NCBI GenBank assembly: GCA_002104945.1
Contig: MCFH01000025.1
Span: forward strand, 248,001-312,000
Length of the DNA stretch: 64,000 bases
Reading direction: 5' to 3'
DNA from: Piromyces finnis finn
Lineage: Eukaryota; Fungi; Neocallimastigomycota
The notes below the pieces were generated by a model that worked only from the letters and a program-made list of their open reading frames with translations, was not told where the DNA came from and did no database searches. A program made the position numbers and the translations under genes. Positions 61,260-64,000 of this stretch are shown in pieces (positions within the stretch are counted from its first letter, which is position 1; each line of letters opens with the position of its first letter).

Positions 61260-62500
61260 ATTTTATCAAAAAAATATATATAATTTCATTACTTGAAAAT
61301 ACAACAGATAATGATTTATTGGAGGATTATTTATATAAGTTAATAATAAAAGAATATAGTAGCAAATATAATTTCAGTCAAGATTTGGATTTCAAGGAAG
61401 AAGATAATTTGAATGAAATTGAAACAATTTACAGTAGAAGAATTTTTTAAAAATGATAATATTGACTGTATAAAAAATTATTTGGAATTCATGAAAAAAA
61501 AACCGATTTCTATAAAGAAATAATAAAAGATAACTCAAAGTCTAATATGACTTATACTAAGTATATAGCAGAATTTGATACAATTTTATCGGAAGCATAC
61601 TTACAGAAAATGTTGAAAAAAACAAGGATTTTATTTTCAGTAATGTTAATAAAATTAAACATGTACTTTAATATAAATTAGAATATACTAATTACATATT
61701 AAAAGAAATTGATTTTATATTAATGACAAAAAATTGTTGAATAAAAAATATGATCTTGATAATTTATATGAAATCTATTATTATAAAACGGTAATGAATA
61801 TTAATTATTATACTGTAAATATACTAAAATCAATATCCTGGAAAAAGATGAGAAAGGATCATATTAATATCGACAAGAAATATATATGTAGAAAAGTTCA
61901 ATGACCATTTCGAAAAAAAAATAAATATTATATTAGTAATAAATATGAAATACCTTTTACCTTTTACAAGAATAAACAAAAATTATAAAAACAACCCTGA
62001 TCAATTTATTATTATAGATACTATTAAATACAATATTAAGCAAGGGTATATTTATATAAAAAAAGTACAAAAGAAACCGGAATTGAAAATGAAAATGAAA
62101 AATGTAAAGATGTTGTGGAGGATGATTATCATATAAAATCAAGGAACAGTATCAAAGATTTAAAAATAAAACTAAAAAATATATATCTTTATCAAATAAA
62201 GTAAACCATAAAACAGTAGATGATATTGTTAATACATATAAAAAAAAAAGTAAATTTAAAAAGTAAAAAAAAAATAAAGAATCAATTTGTTTATTAGATA
62301 ATGAGAATGATGAATTAACAGAATATTTAGTTGTTATTAAATTTGTCAAGTACATTAGCTCTTCAAAACTAAGTCAATTATCAAAATTAAATAACGACAA
62401 TTGTAAAGATTTTGGAGTTAATTTAAATAAGGAAAATATAACAAAGATAAATAATTTTTTTTTGAATGAGAAATCTATACTAAATAATTCATTGAAAATA
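61260..62500 (+). pseudogene. Possible decayed coding sequence of unknown origin
   Basis: Purine-rich, codon-like K/E/N/D/I-rich frames broken by stops and frameshifts; no motif recognised. Confidence 0.25.
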
Positions 62501-62857
62501 ATTGTTTTAGTTTAATTTTAGGGAAAGAAAAAATCTGATTAAACTAAATGATTTTTTAGAATTTATAAAAAAATATTTTTCATTTTTTAAAATGGAGTGG
62601 TAATAAAAGAAATGAATATTTTTATAACTTTCATTTTTACGACAAATTAAAATTCCATGAGTATTATCCAAATAGTGACAATATAAAGTATATTATGACA
62701 ACTCAAATTAATTATTCAATATCAATATCAGAACAAATATCGAAAAGAATAAATTTAAATAAAATTATTAAACAATTCAAATATGATTTAAAAAAAAATA
62801 TAGTACCTACAATAAATATAGAGTATGAACAATTTGATAAATATATTAAATTTCTAA

Positions 62858-63163
62858 CTTTAATTTTTTATCAAGTGTCCTACTTGATTTGCACCATGTA
62901 TATTTTCTAAGGAATGCAATTGGCAAGGTATGAAATAATACAATTTGAGTTTTTCCACTTGGTAAAACATCTAATCTGAGCTAACGCACATTTGGCTGAC
63001 AATGGAGGAATATTCAACTATTTTGAGATAGAGTATAGAGATATAAACGATACAGCTTTGTAAACTCCGGCAACCCATCGTGTTCCTTTATTAACATGGT
63101 TCTGAGCAATCCTAGACCTAGCTTTGTTGGATTCAAGTAATGGTGCAAAGTATGAAACTCTGC
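62858..63163 (-). mobile_element. Older internal fragment of the same LINE family (post-RT region)
   Basis: Reverse complement GCAGAGTTTCATACTTTGCACC...GGACACTTGATAAAAAATTAAAG aligns with ~27940-28250, with substitutions, a stop and small indels. Confidence 0.9.
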
Positions 63164-64000
63164 TTTTTTTTTTTTTTTTTTTAACGGCATCAAATATTTT
63201 TTAAACTTTATTATTAATTTAATTAAAATTATAATACATGTAATAAAAAAAATTAAACATAAAAAATAAAAAAAATATGTTTAAATAAACACAAATGAAT
63301 AAAAATTGGGTATAGTGTATTCTAGTAATTTTAATTAAAGTAAGAAAGCCACTATCATACTAAAGTATAATAATTGTATTTGACATCCAATGGGACACCG
63401 AGCCAAAGATCAAAATTTTATCATGGGACAAAATTATGATCTCCATTGGTTGCGCTGGCCCTCCTGGCCTGTCTTACTGTTTCTTCAGCATTGAAGCTCT
63501 TGGATGTTGCTTCAAACCTTTTGAACATTGACCATTGCTAGTCAATAGCAAAAGGCATGATTTTGGTTAGAAGTTTAACGCTCTTGGATGTTACTTCAAA
63601 CCTTTTGAATATTGACCATTGCTGGTCAATAGCAAAAGGCATGATTTTGGTTAGAAGTTCTGCTGTTACCGTCAAGAATGGTGTTCCTTCATAAATGCCC
63701 AATCGAATCTGACGCTTACAAAGTTCTTTCCATTCCCTTGAATTGTAATTAATATTGTTAAAACTTCTTCCCCCAAGAAGGAATTTAAATATTTTACTGC
63801 ACACACTAGAATAATCATACACATTAGTATTCACCGGATTATTAGAACTATTACTATCATTAAGTAAATTACTATCTAAATTAGAATTATTATCTTCACT
63901 ATTGCTATCATTACTAATATTATTATTTCTATTACTACTATTGTTATTATTACTATTGTTATTAATTCTACTACTATTATTGTTATTAGTACTATTGTTA
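63164..64000 (-). mobile_element. Second copy of the LINE, 3' end with poly(A); continues beyond the window; defective
   Basis: Poly(T) 63164-63182 followed by AACGGCATC (rc of LINE terminus); 3' UTR and ORF end highly similar to ~28700-29441; 84-bp internal duplication and CAG>TAG stop at 63538. Confidence 0.95.

Overview
Very AT-rich eukaryotic genomic DNA with spliceosomal introns, almost certainly from an anaerobic gut fungus (Neocallimastigomycota). The evidence is a CE15 esterase carrying two fungal non-catalytic dockerins and an IFT dynein-2 subunit (WDR60), which implies flagellated zoospores. Host genes: a 7-TM receptor-like gene running off the left edge (missed by the ORF track), an intronless bacterial-type SAM methyltransferase, a 5-exon AAA+ ATPase with an organellar presequence, the CE15-dockerin enzyme, an orphan transcription-factor-like ORF, a tandem array of four Cys6/GPI-type surface-protein genes (one pseudogene), a 5-exon LRR receptor-like protein without kinase, WDR60, a METTL25-family methyltransferase, an F-box protein and an ACC-synthase-like PLP enzyme. 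The most notable content is a non-LTR retroelement system. (i) A full-length, intact single-ORF APE-RT LINE (23770-29482) has a perfect 13-bp TSD, a 41-nt poly(A) and a 5' array of hairpin-rich 124-bp monomers. (ii) At least six further LINE fragments are present, and three poly(A) ends abut older LINE sequence in the same orientation. (iii) A 527-bp tRNA-Ala(AGC)-derived SINE with poly(A) and 13-bp TSD shares two short motifs with the LINE: a 31-nt stem-loop from the LINE ORF end and a 16-nt motif containing a U1-complementary 5' splice site from the LINE 5' UTR. All alignments, translations, exon models and RNA folds were done by eye; no database searches were run.
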